From the NCBI GenBank assembly GCA_977030845.1, contig OZ365115.1, positions 4,774,001-4,838,000 on the forward strand: a stretch of DNA of 64,000 nt, given 5' to 3'. Source of the stretch: Fimbriosthenelais zetlandica. Its lineage: Eukaryota. The translations under genes and the position numbers were made by a program. Under the pieces are notes generated by a model. That model did no database searches. It was not told the DNA's origin and saw only the letters and a list, made by a program, of their open reading frames with translations. Below, piece after piece: positions 1 through 13,100 of this stretch (position 1 is its first letter; the number at the start of each line of letters is the position of its first letter).

Positions 1-1686
1 ATTGAGGTTCAGCTGCAATCCACTTGAATAAGCAGAGGTTTTTGGGGGTATATATGGGAAACCTCAATTAAATTGTTAAAGGTCCGGCGTTCCTGGGATA
101 ATTTGGGGTTTTAGAATGACAACTGATCTACCACAGGAATGTGTCAGATGAAAAGAGGAACACAAATCACTGATCTATTCAGTATCCATGGCAATAGTTT
201 GGTGGTCAATGCAATCTCGATCCTCTCTCTTCTTTTCTCTCCCTCTCTTTCTTTCTCTCTCCTCTCTCGATCTCGTCTTTCCTCTCAGTATCTCTCGCAT
301 AAATCTCCTGTCTTTTTTCTCTACTCTCTCCTTTCCTTTCTTTACCCTCTCTTTTCCTCCTTCTCCCTCTCCTCTTTCTCCCTCTCTCTCTACTCTCCTC
401 GTCTCTCACTCTCGACCACTTCTCCATACAGTAGCCAAAGCATTTGACGGGGTTGAAAAGGTAAGGACAGGGGTTGGCTGCTGGGAAAGAGAGGGAGGGG
501 GTTGGGGAGGGCGTGTGGGTCGCTGGGGGGTGGGGGGGGGGGGGGGGGTACAGTACTCATTGTATCCAATCTCCAGCGCAGGGTCATGAAAAACCAACAC
601 ATGCAACCAATGGACATTACCTTTCCTTTTACTAAATTGTTCTTTCCCGATATTAAATTAGTGCTTTTGAATATGTGGATAGAAACAGGATAGATACATT
701 GAATGATGGCGAATCAATAATATGAAAATGGTAAGTAATAAATAAAATTGAATTTCTTGGTGAAAACAAACAAAACTGAAACTCCTTTCAGTTAATGTAA
801 TACTGTTTTTACCCTATTTGTGTATGCATGAAATATAATTTACCTTTATTGCGGAGCTGTCTTAGCGGGAGAGACATCTTGGAGACAATTTGGTGACCTT
901 CCATGGCTCCTTGTCTAGCCCTGCAGCTGACCATTGTCACGGTTCCAGCCATTGAGATGTTCATAATTCCGAGCTGGGAATTCAAATAATTATTCAAAAT
1001 TGCTTGCTGTCTACGGTATACTTCATTCTTATCCAAATGATATGTCTTGTCTTATGAATGTCGGTGCAAATAATCCACAAAATGTTAAAATTCCTTGTAG
1101 CCTGAACCAATGTGAGTGTGTACTGCCTAGTTTGAGTCCAAACTTCAACTGATTATGGAATCATTGGACCACTTCTATTATTAGAACCAAAAATACAGCC
1201 CAATCACTACAACTGCCTACTATTTACACTGTGAATCAAATTAGGAAAGAACGTTTTCTTCTAAAGTTTCCCCACACTCTCAAAATCTTGCATTCAATTC
1301 GAGACAAATGAATGCACATTATTTATATAAATACTTTTATTTAAACAAATTATATAATCATAGCATGGTTGCAGCACTTTCGTGACACTAGCAATAAGTA
1401 ATATACATGTAGAACTTGAGAGAACTGTTCTGCTTTTCTCATGCGTATTCCTTGTCCACTGGTCTGAAATTTAAAGAAAAACTTGGAGAGTTACTCTTGT
1501 TTATGTTTATGATACAATAGATATGATTCGTTGGTGTAATACTAAGCGTGTCCAATTAGGCCTTAAAGCATAGCGCTTAGACTTCATTCACTGGTCCATT
1601 AAATTTTCTCATTGCAATACAAGCATCACCATTGTCGCAGGCAAAATCGCAGCAGTGGAGTAATGCCTTAAGAATAAAGCAACAAT

Positions 1687-2534
1687 TTACCTGGAACAGA
1701 AAGCCAAGATGGCGCCCACCGCAGCAGAGACAGCCGCACTGATTGCAAGAGCAAAACTTATGTCAAGTTCCGACTCCGACCGAACAGCAAACAAAATGGA
1801 ACCAACTGTTATTGATATAGCTGAAGAAGAAGAAGGGAACAAAGTCAAGCTCACAGAATAGACAGTTCTGTATCGACTTTCACTTTCATTTCTGGCTTAA
1901 TGCAGCTCAGGATTTGAGGACAACTATTATAAATATTGATGTAACGAAATTCTAATTAAATTAATTAATCAAATTAATAAATTCTAATTAAATTAATTAA
2001 CTACTGCCTGTATATTATATGACTTACATGCTAGTAGGGCAGTGACCCCCATACCGAGTCTAGAAGGTCGCCTAGCTGTAGGCGAAACACAGTCAAAAGT
2101 GGAGAAACAGACAAGTGCGATGAAGAGAAAGACGACACCCAGCCCACACAGTCCCTGGGTGGCCCGCAGAAAATCTGTAAACGAAAAATAATTTCCTATA
2201 TATTCTAATTACATAATTAACTATTATTACATACTCATTAGCTTTCCCCTGGCATATACTGTCTAAGGTCAAATGGATGTAAAAGGCCAATGCTGGATTG
2301 AGGCGCCGTGGTGCCCCCTTGTGTGAGAAGCGAGAACTTACCAAAGAGATCGGTGAGTTGACCGACTCCAGCCCTGTAGGTACACTCCTCCCAGAGACCC
2401 AGGTAACTGAGCTCTGCTCCACCAGATGGCGTCAGTATGGGTTGTTCCGCCCAGCCTGGGAGAGTAAGACCAGTGATGAGAAGTAAAGAGGCTGTCATAC
2501 CCAGAACTACGATACATCCGTCACACAAACCCAT
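1687..2534 (-). CDS. PMP22/EMP/claudin-superfamily tetraspan protein (paralogue 1), 157 aa; possible 160-aa spliced form using an extra exon starting at 973
   Basis: Exons 2534-2342, 2174-2028, 1820-1687 join in frame (phase 1,1; GTAAGT donors, AG acceptors). Translation MGLCDGCIVVLGMTASLLLITGLTLPGW...YLGLWEEC...DFLRATQGLCGLGVVFLFIALVCF...ISITVGSILFAV...DISFALAISAAVSAAVGAILAFCSR* has four hydrophobic segments and the W...GLW..C motif. Confidence 0.85.
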
Positions 2535-3141
2535 GATCTAAAAAATGAACAAAAAATTAAAACCATTAAAATTAAAACGAATGAAGTGTTCACCTGAGAA
2601 AATTCTTTGTGATTGCCACTGTGTTAATTACCCCTTGGAATGAACATTTTTCAATAAACAAAAAATGAATTTTAAATAGTGATCAAAAAGCTCTGAAAAT
2701 ACAACGTATTAATGTTAATCTTTTTTTTATTCAGCAGGTCCATAGATTAAGTATTTCTTAAGTCAGTAAAAAAAATCTTGTGCCCCAAGTAACGCCCTAT
2801 CCCCGGAAATAATGGAGTTGGAGTGCTTTCTCCATGAAGGATCCCTTGACTAATTCGGTTGATAAATTAATTGGTGTCCGAAGGCCTTTCCATTTAAAAA
2901 AAATCCCGGTTAACTGCCTTTAAATGTAGTTATATTTAAGGCATTTGCAGGTAAGTGATTAAAGGGTAAGAATGGTTGCCTTACCTTATATCTGTAAATT
3001 AATTTCGAGGCCTTGGATAGAAATTACACCCTCTGCATCGTGATCTATGATATTTGTGATATTATTTGCTTTTAGACTCCTGTTTCACTCATAGAAATGT
3101 CTGTATACATGTCGTTTTAAAAGGAGAACAGCAACCCATAT

Positions 3142-3210
3142 GGGGTGCCACAGGGCACTGTTTTAGGGCCAACATTTTGTGTGAATAACACTGACAATTT
3201 ATGCGTCCAA
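3142..3210 (+). mobile_element. Degenerate LINE (CR1/L2-type) reverse-transcriptase fragment
   Basis: Translates GVPQGTVLGPTFCVNNTDNL, resembling the non-LTR RT motif GVPQGSVLGPLLF..YINDL; no longer intact ORF around it. Confidence 0.6.
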
Positions 3211-4177
3211 AGCATAATGCTGCAAGATGCGAATTTCATTGGGCAACCCAATTATGCCAAAGAAGCCATGTCCTCAAGCCAATTGAATTCCAATAAATAT
3301 GACCGTTCAAAAAACATCATACAGACACAGCTTATTTTAGCAGTGTGAGTAACACAGTTCATAAGCAGTGAAAATGCAGATAGGACTAGAGAGAGTGAAG
3401 GGGTACTCCTCCTATATTTACCTTACCTGTTTACTGGGTGACGAATATCTCTCTTTATTTAACTGGTCTGACCAGACCCCACCATGGCACGACCTCATTT
3501 CATATCCAAATGGAGGGTTTAGAAGTTATGACTAAACGAAAATTTAAATTAAATTCGAAAGTTCAAGAGTTAGAAATAATGGAAGTTGCCCAGAAGGTTC
3601 AAGCAATGTTATAAAACTTTAAATTTTGAAATCTTTGACAAGTATGACACACTAAATTTTATTTTTCCAATCCATATGCAAAATGCTTAACTACTCAATA
3701 TTTATTGATCTCCCAAAGCACAAATTAGGATGAAACTTCAACAGGTTTTTACCCCGAACCTTTTCTAACCCTGGCTACAATATTTCACTAGGATATACGC
3801 CTCTCCTTCTCATAATATCATACTTCTTTTTATTGAACATCTTCATGGAACTTTAGAATGTAAGGTAGGTTGGTAAAAAGTCACCCTTTGTCCATTCTGA
3901 AGCAGGAAATAACATTTAGGTGAACCATAGATTTTGTAATTTCAACGACAGGTAGGGGCCTAACTGTACTACAGGCTCAGTCACGAGGGGAAAGGACTAT
4001 TTCCGAAACAATAACGTGTTACAGTATTGCCATATATTTTAAGGTATTTTAAGCAGATATTACTCATAAAATGACAAATTGTTAGTCTGGATTTTAAGCG
4101 AATTGGCTGAGGCTATTATGTCATGCTGGCCTTTATTTATTGCAGATTATCAAGATAATAAATTAAGGAAATTCACA

Positions 4178-5316
4178 ATGGCCAATCTTGATAGCATAGC
4201 TTCTGCTTTTGTCGTGTTAGCAGCCGTTCTTTTTGCACCAGCTGTGGTTATGCCAAGATGGGGGTACACTACTATACTTGGAGGAGGTGAGTTGAGCATT
4301 TATATTATTATTTTCAATTTCTAATGAATTGATATTTTTTTAAACTTTATATTTGCTATCGTTTTATAGTGAAATCTTCTACGTGTCTAATAAAATGTGT
4401 CAGGTTCCTGAACTTTTTAAAATAATTTGATATTTTATTGTGTTTTTATGTCTCTTTACTTATGCTGACAATTTTGATACAATATTGCATTGTTTTACTA
4501 GCATATCTTTTTTTTATTATTAATTCTTCCTCTTTATTTTTTCTAATTATAAATATCAGGAAACCTTGGCATCTGGCAAATGTATTCGTGTGGAGCAATT
4601 GCTGTTGATGAATTGGGTATTTATTTCATTATAACTACATATTACAAAAATAGATATTTAATATTGTTTATATTCCCTGTGGTAGACGCGTCTGATACCC
4701 TATACAGTAGATACCTTATGGTATAGATTCCCTTTACTGGTACAATATTTACAATAGTATTGGTAGGCCTAATTATTTAAGTGCATGTAGGTTAAATGTG
4801 TATGAATTTTGAATGTTTTTTTGTAACAGATGGATGGACGGTGGTGCGGGTACTGTCAGTCATTTCTCTGGTTGCTATACTGGTAGCCCTGGCAGCTATG
4901 GTCGCCCATGTGACAATTGTTGGTCCTAAAAAACGTAAAACGTCACTGAGGGCTTTCACTGGGGCTGCTTATCTGTCAGGTAATATTTTACATGTATTGC
5001 CAATGATAAATATTAGGCCTATACTATTCTGTACTTTCACTGTTGCCAATCAAGTCAATGTTAACTAATTCTGTTTTTCAGTGTATGAGCTATAACTATC
5101 TATTCTGAATTTCACTCAACCATATTTCGTATGAACTCAATGATAACTTACATGTTTTTTTCAGTGTTGGCCACCGTGGCGATGATAACTATCTACTCTG
5201 TAGGACAGTCCGGGGGAGACGATGAGTCCATGCTGTCTTATAGTGCCGGGTTAAGCATCCTAGGTACACTCCTCATGTTGTCTGCAGCCATCCTCGGTAC
5301 AATCAAAAGTCTTTAA
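4178..5316 (+). CDS. PMP22/EMP/claudin-superfamily tetraspan protein (paralogue 2), 155 aa
   Basis: Exons 4178-4286, 4560-4616, 4830-4979, 5165-5316 join in frame (468 nt). MANLDSIASAFVVLAAVLFAPAVVMPRW...NLGIWQMYSC...DGWTVVRVLSVISLVAILVALAAMV...LSYSAGLSILGTLLMLSAAILGTIKSL* has four TM segments and a W...GIW motif. Confidence 0.85.
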
Positions 5317-7514
5317 AAGTCAAAAATCAAAGTCAATCAAAAGTAATTTATACATTCTCCCCAAAACTATGCATCCATTCTATCGACCTGATAACTTTAA
5401 TGTTCTTAAATTATAATCTATCTAAAGATTTTATAATATGTGATGTTGATCAAATTTGAAACCTCATATTTGCATTTTATAGGAATCAAAAATGTTCAGT
5501 TACATATATTTTTCCAAGTGATACTTAAGAAATGTAAGTAAGCAACTGTCATTCAATTCTGTGGAATTAAAATGTTATAAAGTTTCATAATCATTGCTTT
5601 ATCTTAAATTCAAGCATGCACATCCTACAGAAAAACAGAATCACATAATCAGTAACCTTCCTTTTGTAAGGAATTTTATTAAAATTTCTCACTTAATCTC
5701 TCAAGGGAACAAATAAATATCATGAATATTCAACTCGGATAAATTATGTACATTATTTATTGAACTTTATATATCTTGAAGAGAAAATAGGGAAATTCTT
5801 TATCATTATTATAATAATAATATATGAACAGCGCACAAATGGATTCATTTTATCGAAGCCTTCCCATGATATCTATGCGATCCGGAAACATTGGGTTACA
5901 AAGTTGGAACATTTCATATGCACACAGAATAAAACTTTCATCACATATATAGATGTATATATACAGAAACATTAAAAATAATTTTGTTCTAGCTAAATAT
6001 GAAATTCCTTCCACAGAAAAATGAAATACCAATATTATCTTAGGGAGGTTTTTTTTGACAATTCTGATTTTTCGAGACAATAATAACGGATTTCCGGGAT
6101 ATTTTCTTAGTTTTTTTTCTTTCCCAAGACATTCACTAATACTAGACTTTGGAGAAGTACAACCTTTAATCCTTTCTAGTGTGAAAAATAGTTTTATGCA
6201 AACTTCATAAAGTTTCGTTTAAAAAAAGTAAGAGATATAAGTTTCAATACTAGGCAAATAGTTGAGGATATTATTTCATTAAAACGTAAGTTCACTTTTT
6301 TCAGCGGGTCCAAATAGGAGTTACATTTTTTTCGCCCGGGTTCAAACATTTTCTGTCATTATCCCAAAAATGTTTGATATATTATTTATAATCAGAAAAT
6401 GAATTACTTTAATCTTTCAATGGCTAAAAATACTACACGATCCATGGGTATTTAAGTTTTCACATGCATAAGAAGCTCTTTATATACAGGTTTATGTACT
6501 AGGGAAATTCAACTTTAAATTCCCCCGACAAAAAAATAATTCTATGTACAAAGCCATATAGTAATAGTAACGAGTTCTATATAACTTTGTTAATTTAGAA
6601 TGTCTGAAATAATGATTTCTCTCTAATTGTATTTAACTAAATATATTAAGTTTCCCAGGTAGTACAACAATGATTCCCACGCACAAAACAAATTTTAAAT
6701 TCCATTTTTTCCAAATTTTCTATTTAAAGATAATCGATTTTCCTTACACCATAGTAATCAATGATTCTTTGCCTACTATTGTCTTCTATTCAAAAAGAAT
6801 TTGAAAATACAACTTAATTTCATCTAACTAAATTTTAAATTTAACATTTAAAATCGCATCAGTCACTATCATTCTGAACTATTTCATAATTCATTTTCAA
6901 AGTCTAGAAAGAATTTCTTCATAATAGCAATCAATGTACTAGTGAAATAGTTTTCTATTTAAAGAGTAATTTAAATCTCTAGAAATTTCAAGGAAATCAT
7001 ACAATCGTTAAAGGAAAATACACTTTCACACACCAAAATCACGAGAAAAAAAATCCCCATGCAGCCCAAATGTCACTGTCACTGAAGTGGTCTGGGTATA
7101 TTTCTATTTCTGAATAATTTTCGTCATTAGAACATGTACAGAAGTCACAATATTAAATGGATCCGCTATACATACATGAAATATTTTAACATACATGTTT
7201 AACCAGCACGATTCTTTTTCTATACAACTGACTCATACTTTAACTCAGGAATAGGTCAAGGAATTTTAAAGAAATTTAATTTCAAGAAAATTCTTGAGGT
7301 ATTTCCACTAAATTTCCCTTAGAAATGTGGTTGCCCAATGCTCAAAAGCGGCTATCCTGATGAATTTCCAAGGTTCAATGCTCAAAATTAGCAATTTTCC
7401 AGAAAAACAATCCCCATTTAGGATATGAGTTAGTTAGTATAGAATTTCTGTGCCTTACTGTACTCTAGGTTAGGTCACTGGCTAGTTCTACAGAATCAAG
7501 TGTAGGGGTTGTAA

Positions 7515-9410
7515 TTAGGAGGAATTTTTGCCCATGTCCTCCCTGCCCTTGTATTTCGTCTTGCCATATGTAAAAGGTATATATCTGTACTTGATCATGT
7601 GCTGGAAAAAAAGGAAAAATAGGTTAACATTTTCATGACATAAAAAATTAATGAATTCATTTACATTACAATTTACTCAATTCAAAAGGCGATTGGAAAG
7701 AAATTTTAGTTCAATATTAACAGGAAAATTAAGATCTATTTAAAAGTGAACGTTCTCTTCACTATTCAGAAGTCTACTTCCATCAAAGGTGTGTCATAAT
7801 TTAATATATAAAAAAAAGAATTATTAATTTGTTAAACTATTTTTTCAAACTTACCTTGATTTGTCTCTTCATGGTGATTGTGAATAGGATGATGAAATAC
7901 ATAACAAGAATGGGCCAGAAAACTGGTACATTGAGAGCCTCAAAACACGTACATATCATACCCACTACTATAGCCTTTACCGCACTATACCTGCAACAGA
8001 TTAAACAGCAAAGAAACTTTAATACAGTGAAAAAACTACAAAAAGACAATACACTGTAAAACCCCAATACACCGAAAAACCTCAGTACACTGACAAAAAA
8101 GTACATCATTTATACACTTAAAACGTACATTATATTACACTGAAAAAAGTGTTTTCATTGAAAAAGGTAAATACACTGAAAAAAAGTTCCATCCTTAAAG
8201 AATTGATTTTTTTTAATAAATAATATTTATTTTATGCATACTAACCAGAATTTAAATTCAGGAAGACGCCTCATGAACGGTCTGAATTCCTCGTTAGATT
8301 TTGTAGGTAGTGCAGGCCCATCATCTGGAAAATAAAAAATAATAAAGGTCATATTTGGGCGATGAGGAATTGGCAGCAATGTATCTTTAACATGCCTCTC
8401 ATTTATTAGACTTCAGTAGGAGGCATGGCTGGTCCTTTACAAGTATCTAACCACAGACAATGGGAGATATGGCTGACCTTTTACATGCCTCTCACCACAG
8501 ACATTGGGAGACACGATTGGCCTTTTAGTTTTACATACTTCTCACCACAGACAGTAGAAGTCATGACTGGCCTTTTATATCCCAGTTAGCAGCACTGGGA
8601 GGAGATAGAAGATTTATGACTTACCGTCGCTGCTATCTGGGAGAGCAGGATCGATTTTCGGCGTTAGGAATGCTATGAACAAATTGAGGAGATAAATTCC
8701 TAAGGCATACGTCACTATATACCAGCCCTAGAAAGAGAACAAATTATAAATGTTAGATTCAAACTTCCAACTAAAATATTCAAAATAAATATGCTAGCCA
8801 TGGAACTACAGTAATCATTAACAACTGATAGAAACTAATTTTTAAATATTCTTATATTCTTCTAAATATTTGTATGTTTAATTGAAAAAGTTCACAATAC
8901 ACAAATTTCCTCCGTATGAAATGTAAGAAAAATCTAGCTATTTTTAATTATTTACCTCTAAGAATGTAACTTTTTAAGACATCTTTTAAATATTTTGTAC
9001 ATGGGTTTTCAGCTATATGATAGTTATATAAAGAAATTCAAGAGGAATCTAAACGGGAATATTTTTGAACCTACCTGTAAAAGGAATACTCGGAGGGCGT
9101 ATAGTAAAGTTAAAATGACGAACACTGACCACCGTGCTGTTGTGTGAGGTGTCAAGCGATCCAAGTAATATTGGTACGTCTGTGAAAAAAAGAGAGAATA
9201 GAATGAGTAGGGATCAATTTTACTGAGGAAATTTTGTTTTACATTTTCAAGCTCGGGTACTTCTGAGATGCTGTATAGCAATATAATTTCGATTGATAGG
9301 CAAGGAAAGGAAGATAAATGACTTACATTTGCATAACGTCTGTAGAATTTTTGAACTGCATTTGGCTGGGATGGAGCAGAGTCCCCTTCTTGACTAGAGT
9401 CGCCAAGCAT
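7515..9410 (-). CDS. RER1: Protein RER1 (Golgi-to-ER retrieval receptor), 197 aa
   Basis: Exons 9410-9327, 9179-9075, 8727-8625, 8324-8246, 7990-7855, 7601-7515 total 594 nt in frame. Hallmarks: [90 protein letters not shown]. An acceptor at 9421-9422 implies an upstream non-coding exon. Confidence 0.97.
8390..8605 (-). repeat. SINE-C core plus about 4 tandem ~45-50-bp tail units in RER1 intron 3
   Basis: Repeated CCAGYCATGTCTCCCANTGTCTGTGGTGAGAGGCATGTAAAA-like units after the family-C core on the minus strand. Confidence 0.7.
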
Positions 9411-10349
9411 GATTGTTTAACTGGAATAAATCAACTATATTATAACGACACATAGACAATAGAATTCTATAAACTAAGGTAAAAACAGAACAGTATGAAG
9501 TGCTCGGCATGACAATTAAGAGATTAAAAAGAGTTCAATATCCTAGCCTTATAAGTTATAAATATTATCAGGTTTCCTAGAAAATCATGAAGACAAAATT
9601 CCCTGATTTATCAAAATAAGTTCCATGATGATTAGCAGCTATCTGAACCTATTTCCATTTTGTCACCTCTTCAATTAAGTCAGGTCAAATACTATATTAA
9701 GCATTGGTGAACTAAAAATAGTGAACTATTTTCTCATCAATGAAAAATTGTTGAGGCCAAATAAATGCCCAGATTTTTCCATAAGTGTTCATAATTATAC
9801 TTTCTCTTAAATTACAAATACCAGTATTTTTCGCTTACTGGAAAATGACAGGATTTTACCCCCCCCCCCCCCCTGATTTATAAGGATGGCTTAGTGCTTG
9901 GAATTATTTATGTATAGGCTACATCATGGTTCATTACACGGAGGAGGGCGGGGCATAATTGGATATATTGACATTGGCGTGTGACTGTGAAAATTGTTCA
10001 CTATTCATTATCATACTAGGTGTGACTGACCACTAACCATGATGGTTTTACGTCATATTATATGTTCACAAATCATTACGCAACTGTTATACAGTACAGT
10101 ACAGTCATACAGTAATACTACGTTTCTGACTATGTCTATGCAACGTCACTTCACTTGACTCAAATCTCAATGGAAAATCTGAATGGAGATTTTGCATTAC
10201 TTTTCGTTTCTCAATACACACTTAGTTTCACAATTAAAGCAGTTAAAATATGGTCCAAAAACAACACCTCGAATTAACCAACATCCAAACATTGATATTT
10301 ATCAAATGAAATAATTATTAATCGCATTAAACGTCTACAATCAACTAAT

Positions 10350-10807
10350 AACCTGAGAAACAAGGCCAAGAAACGAACTCAAAACTTGCTACCGACGCCA
10401 TGTTGAAAATAGACCGGTGTCAACAAGGCAAGAGATCGGCCCAAAATACGGAAAATAAACCCATATTTCTGCTCGAAATGTCCATATTTCTAATCTTTAA
10501 CACCTTCTAAAAGTACCAGCGGAGTCTCTTGTAAATAGGTATAAAATAGAGTGTAAAAATAGTGTAAAATACCTGCGAAATACACCACTGAAGATCTGTC
10601 AGCCACGTTGGCGAGCCTCGACTTGACGCTGACCTCTCGACCTGACCTCTCGCGAGATTGAGCTACTTTTGTTGACCCAGTTAAATTTGACCTCGCTGGG
10701 AGAGGTCAGCCATGTGTACAGCGGCAAAGTAAACGTCAAAAGGGAGGAAAAAGAAATCGCTGGCGATTTATCTAATTCTGGTCGATTCTAAGAAATTAGG
10801 ATCAAAG
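10350..10807. promoter_or_regulatory. Probable bidirectional RER1/PUSL1 promoter
   Basis: CpG-richer segment between head-to-head genes, with a TCTCGCGAGA palindrome (10648-10657), a YY1-like CAACATGGCG on - (10396-10405) and several TGACCT half-sites. Confidence 0.6.
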
Positions 10808-13100
10808 ATGGGACGTTTTCTGATGAATCTGGCCTATACCGGCTTAAATTATAAGTAAGCTTCAGTCTGTTTGTAAAAATTGTTTGTTTTCATGGGCGAT
10901 AATAGAGGTGTTTCTCGTAGGACTTAATGCTTAATGCCCATGATACATTGTCGTTGAACCAAAGGCACTTTTCTTTGATTGAACTGTCTTAAAACAGAAT
11001 TTATTCATTTATTTTCTCGAGGTTCGTAATAAAATGACCCTTGGTAAATTCTAAAAATATATCATAGCCCCCCCCCCCCCCCCCCCCCCCCTTCCCCAAG
11101 GGCCTAAACTAGGCCTACGCCTTTAAAAAGATAAAGAAAATTCATATAAATTATTATTTTACCACTGTCTACAGGGGTCTCCAGCACCAAAGGAGAAAGG
11201 GTCTCCGAACTATTGTAGAGACGGTTGAGGTAAGAATAACCTTTTTACATAAATGTCATAATCAATTTTCTATATCGTGTTTTTGCAATTTAAACTTGTG
11301 GGTTTTCTCTTTATATACCCCGGTATCCTGTTTGGTTTTTTTTGCTCGAAGAAAGCCATGGAACCATTGAATCCAGCGAATGAAAAAATAAGTATAGTTT
11401 CATCAAGCCGTACAGACAAGGGAGTGAATGCACTTTCAAATGCAATCCACGTTGATTTGGAACACAAGTAAGTTTCAGGGAAAAAAGCCTTCAATTTTAA
11501 ACTTTGAAACAAATTAAAATAAATGTCTTATCAATTGAATTCAGAACATTTTATATAAATAAATATATTTTCTTCCAGAGAGGAAGGGAAGGAGTACGAA
11601 CCTCGGGAGATATCATGTGTAGTAAATCAAAATCTAATATATGAGGGAGAAGATATCAGGTAAAAAATAAATTCAATTATTTCGAATCCATGCAATTCCA
11701 TATCGATTTAAATATCAGATAGACTGGAACCGACGTATTCTATGGAGTATATCACTAAACAAATCTACTTTGATCTTTCAGAGTGTTGCGGACATTACGA
11801 GTACCAGACGACTTTCACTGTCGTAAACATGCCCTCAGTCGGACCTATATATACCGACTCGCGCTCAACAAAAACTTACAACCCGACTTGTCTACACCCT
11901 TCAATCATTTTGAATATCTGCGAACCTATGCTGTTTACAAGTAAGGACTCAACTATAACACATCTATAGTGAACACATTCATTGAAAGAACCTCTGAATA
12001 GTGAACCTCTGAATCTGTTTCCAAAATATTTTTTTTTAACAGCATTTTATAAAATTATTCTCTCAACTTTAGATGTTGGTCTATTGAATAGCGACGCATT
12101 GGAGAATCGGACTAATGTGCTCCCGCCTTTACAATTTTCTCTTTCTTTTTTTAGAAAGCAAACTGATCTTGAGCTAGTACGACAGGTGGCTGAGATGTTG
12201 AGTGGCACTCACAATTTTTCTGGTTTTTCAACTCGCAAAGCTTTTGTTGAGCAACCGTGGCTGAACCCGATCAAAACGCTGCAGGTTTCCGTCACTGAAG
12301 GCCAGTCTTTCATGGGTTGTCACTTCCCCGACTACCACAACCAAATGTTCGACTATGTGGATTTGGTATTCAAAGGCAACTCTTTCCTATATAGACAGGT
12401 ATTAGAAGTTTATCTTTCTTTTGTAAAACTAGGCCCAGACCAAACTGACTGATGGAAATTTTGGATTTTCAGATTTCTGGATTTAAAAAAATATAATTTT
12501 GATTATGTCAGGTACGTCGGATGACGGCCATTATGTTGGCGGTGGGACAGGGTATGCTTAACATTGATGTGGTCCATCAACTTCTTACTGATCCCAAGAA
12601 GGTCGGTATAGACCATCTACCGGTAGTCTACATGGTCCCAGCCTTTGCACTCTATCTCAAGGAAGTCGAGTATAACCCTGAAGGTATGGATAATTTTACT
12701 TGATTTTTTAAATTTTGTCTTTTTTATATTGGCCTGTATTTTAATTGTAAATTCCTTTCCTTATGCTGTAGGGATGCAACTCTAAAAAGACTTTTCATGA
12801 GCCATTTTTCAATGACAAGTTTTGTGGTGTTAAAATTATTACATATTTATTTAGAAACGTTTATTTAATATTGTCTATAATATATGATTTTCCTGCCTTT
12901 CCTAAATTTCCTCAATTTTGTTTTCAGATTTGATATACAAACCCGAGGAGACGAAAACAAACAACCTAGTCAATGAAATCACTGAAGAACCGAGAAACAA
13001 TCCACAAAATTGTCATATAAAAACAGAGGAAAGTAATACAAAAAACATTGTAGAAGATAGCAGTTTACATGAGAACTATTGTGAGGGAACGCCCAGGTAA
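10808..13100 (+). CDS. PUSL1: tRNA pseudouridine synthase-like 1 (TruA family), 348 aa
   Basis: Exons 10808-10854, 11175-11229, 11352-11467, 11579-11659, 11782-11940, 12155-12398, 12512-12683, 12928-13100 total 1047 nt in frame. TruA motifs: MGRFLMNLAYTG, SSRTDKGVNA (catalytic Asp), DDFHCRKHALSRTYIYR, GTHNFSGF, GNSFLYRQVRRM, ALYLKEVEY. The SSRTD form and N-terminus fit PUSL1 better than PUS1/PUS3. Confidence 0.9.

Noticed and set aside
139-693. Several 60-130-aa ORFs (S/L/F-rich, R/E-rich, poly-G/P)
   Set aside because: Translations of CT/GA and poly-G tracts; no splice or domain support.
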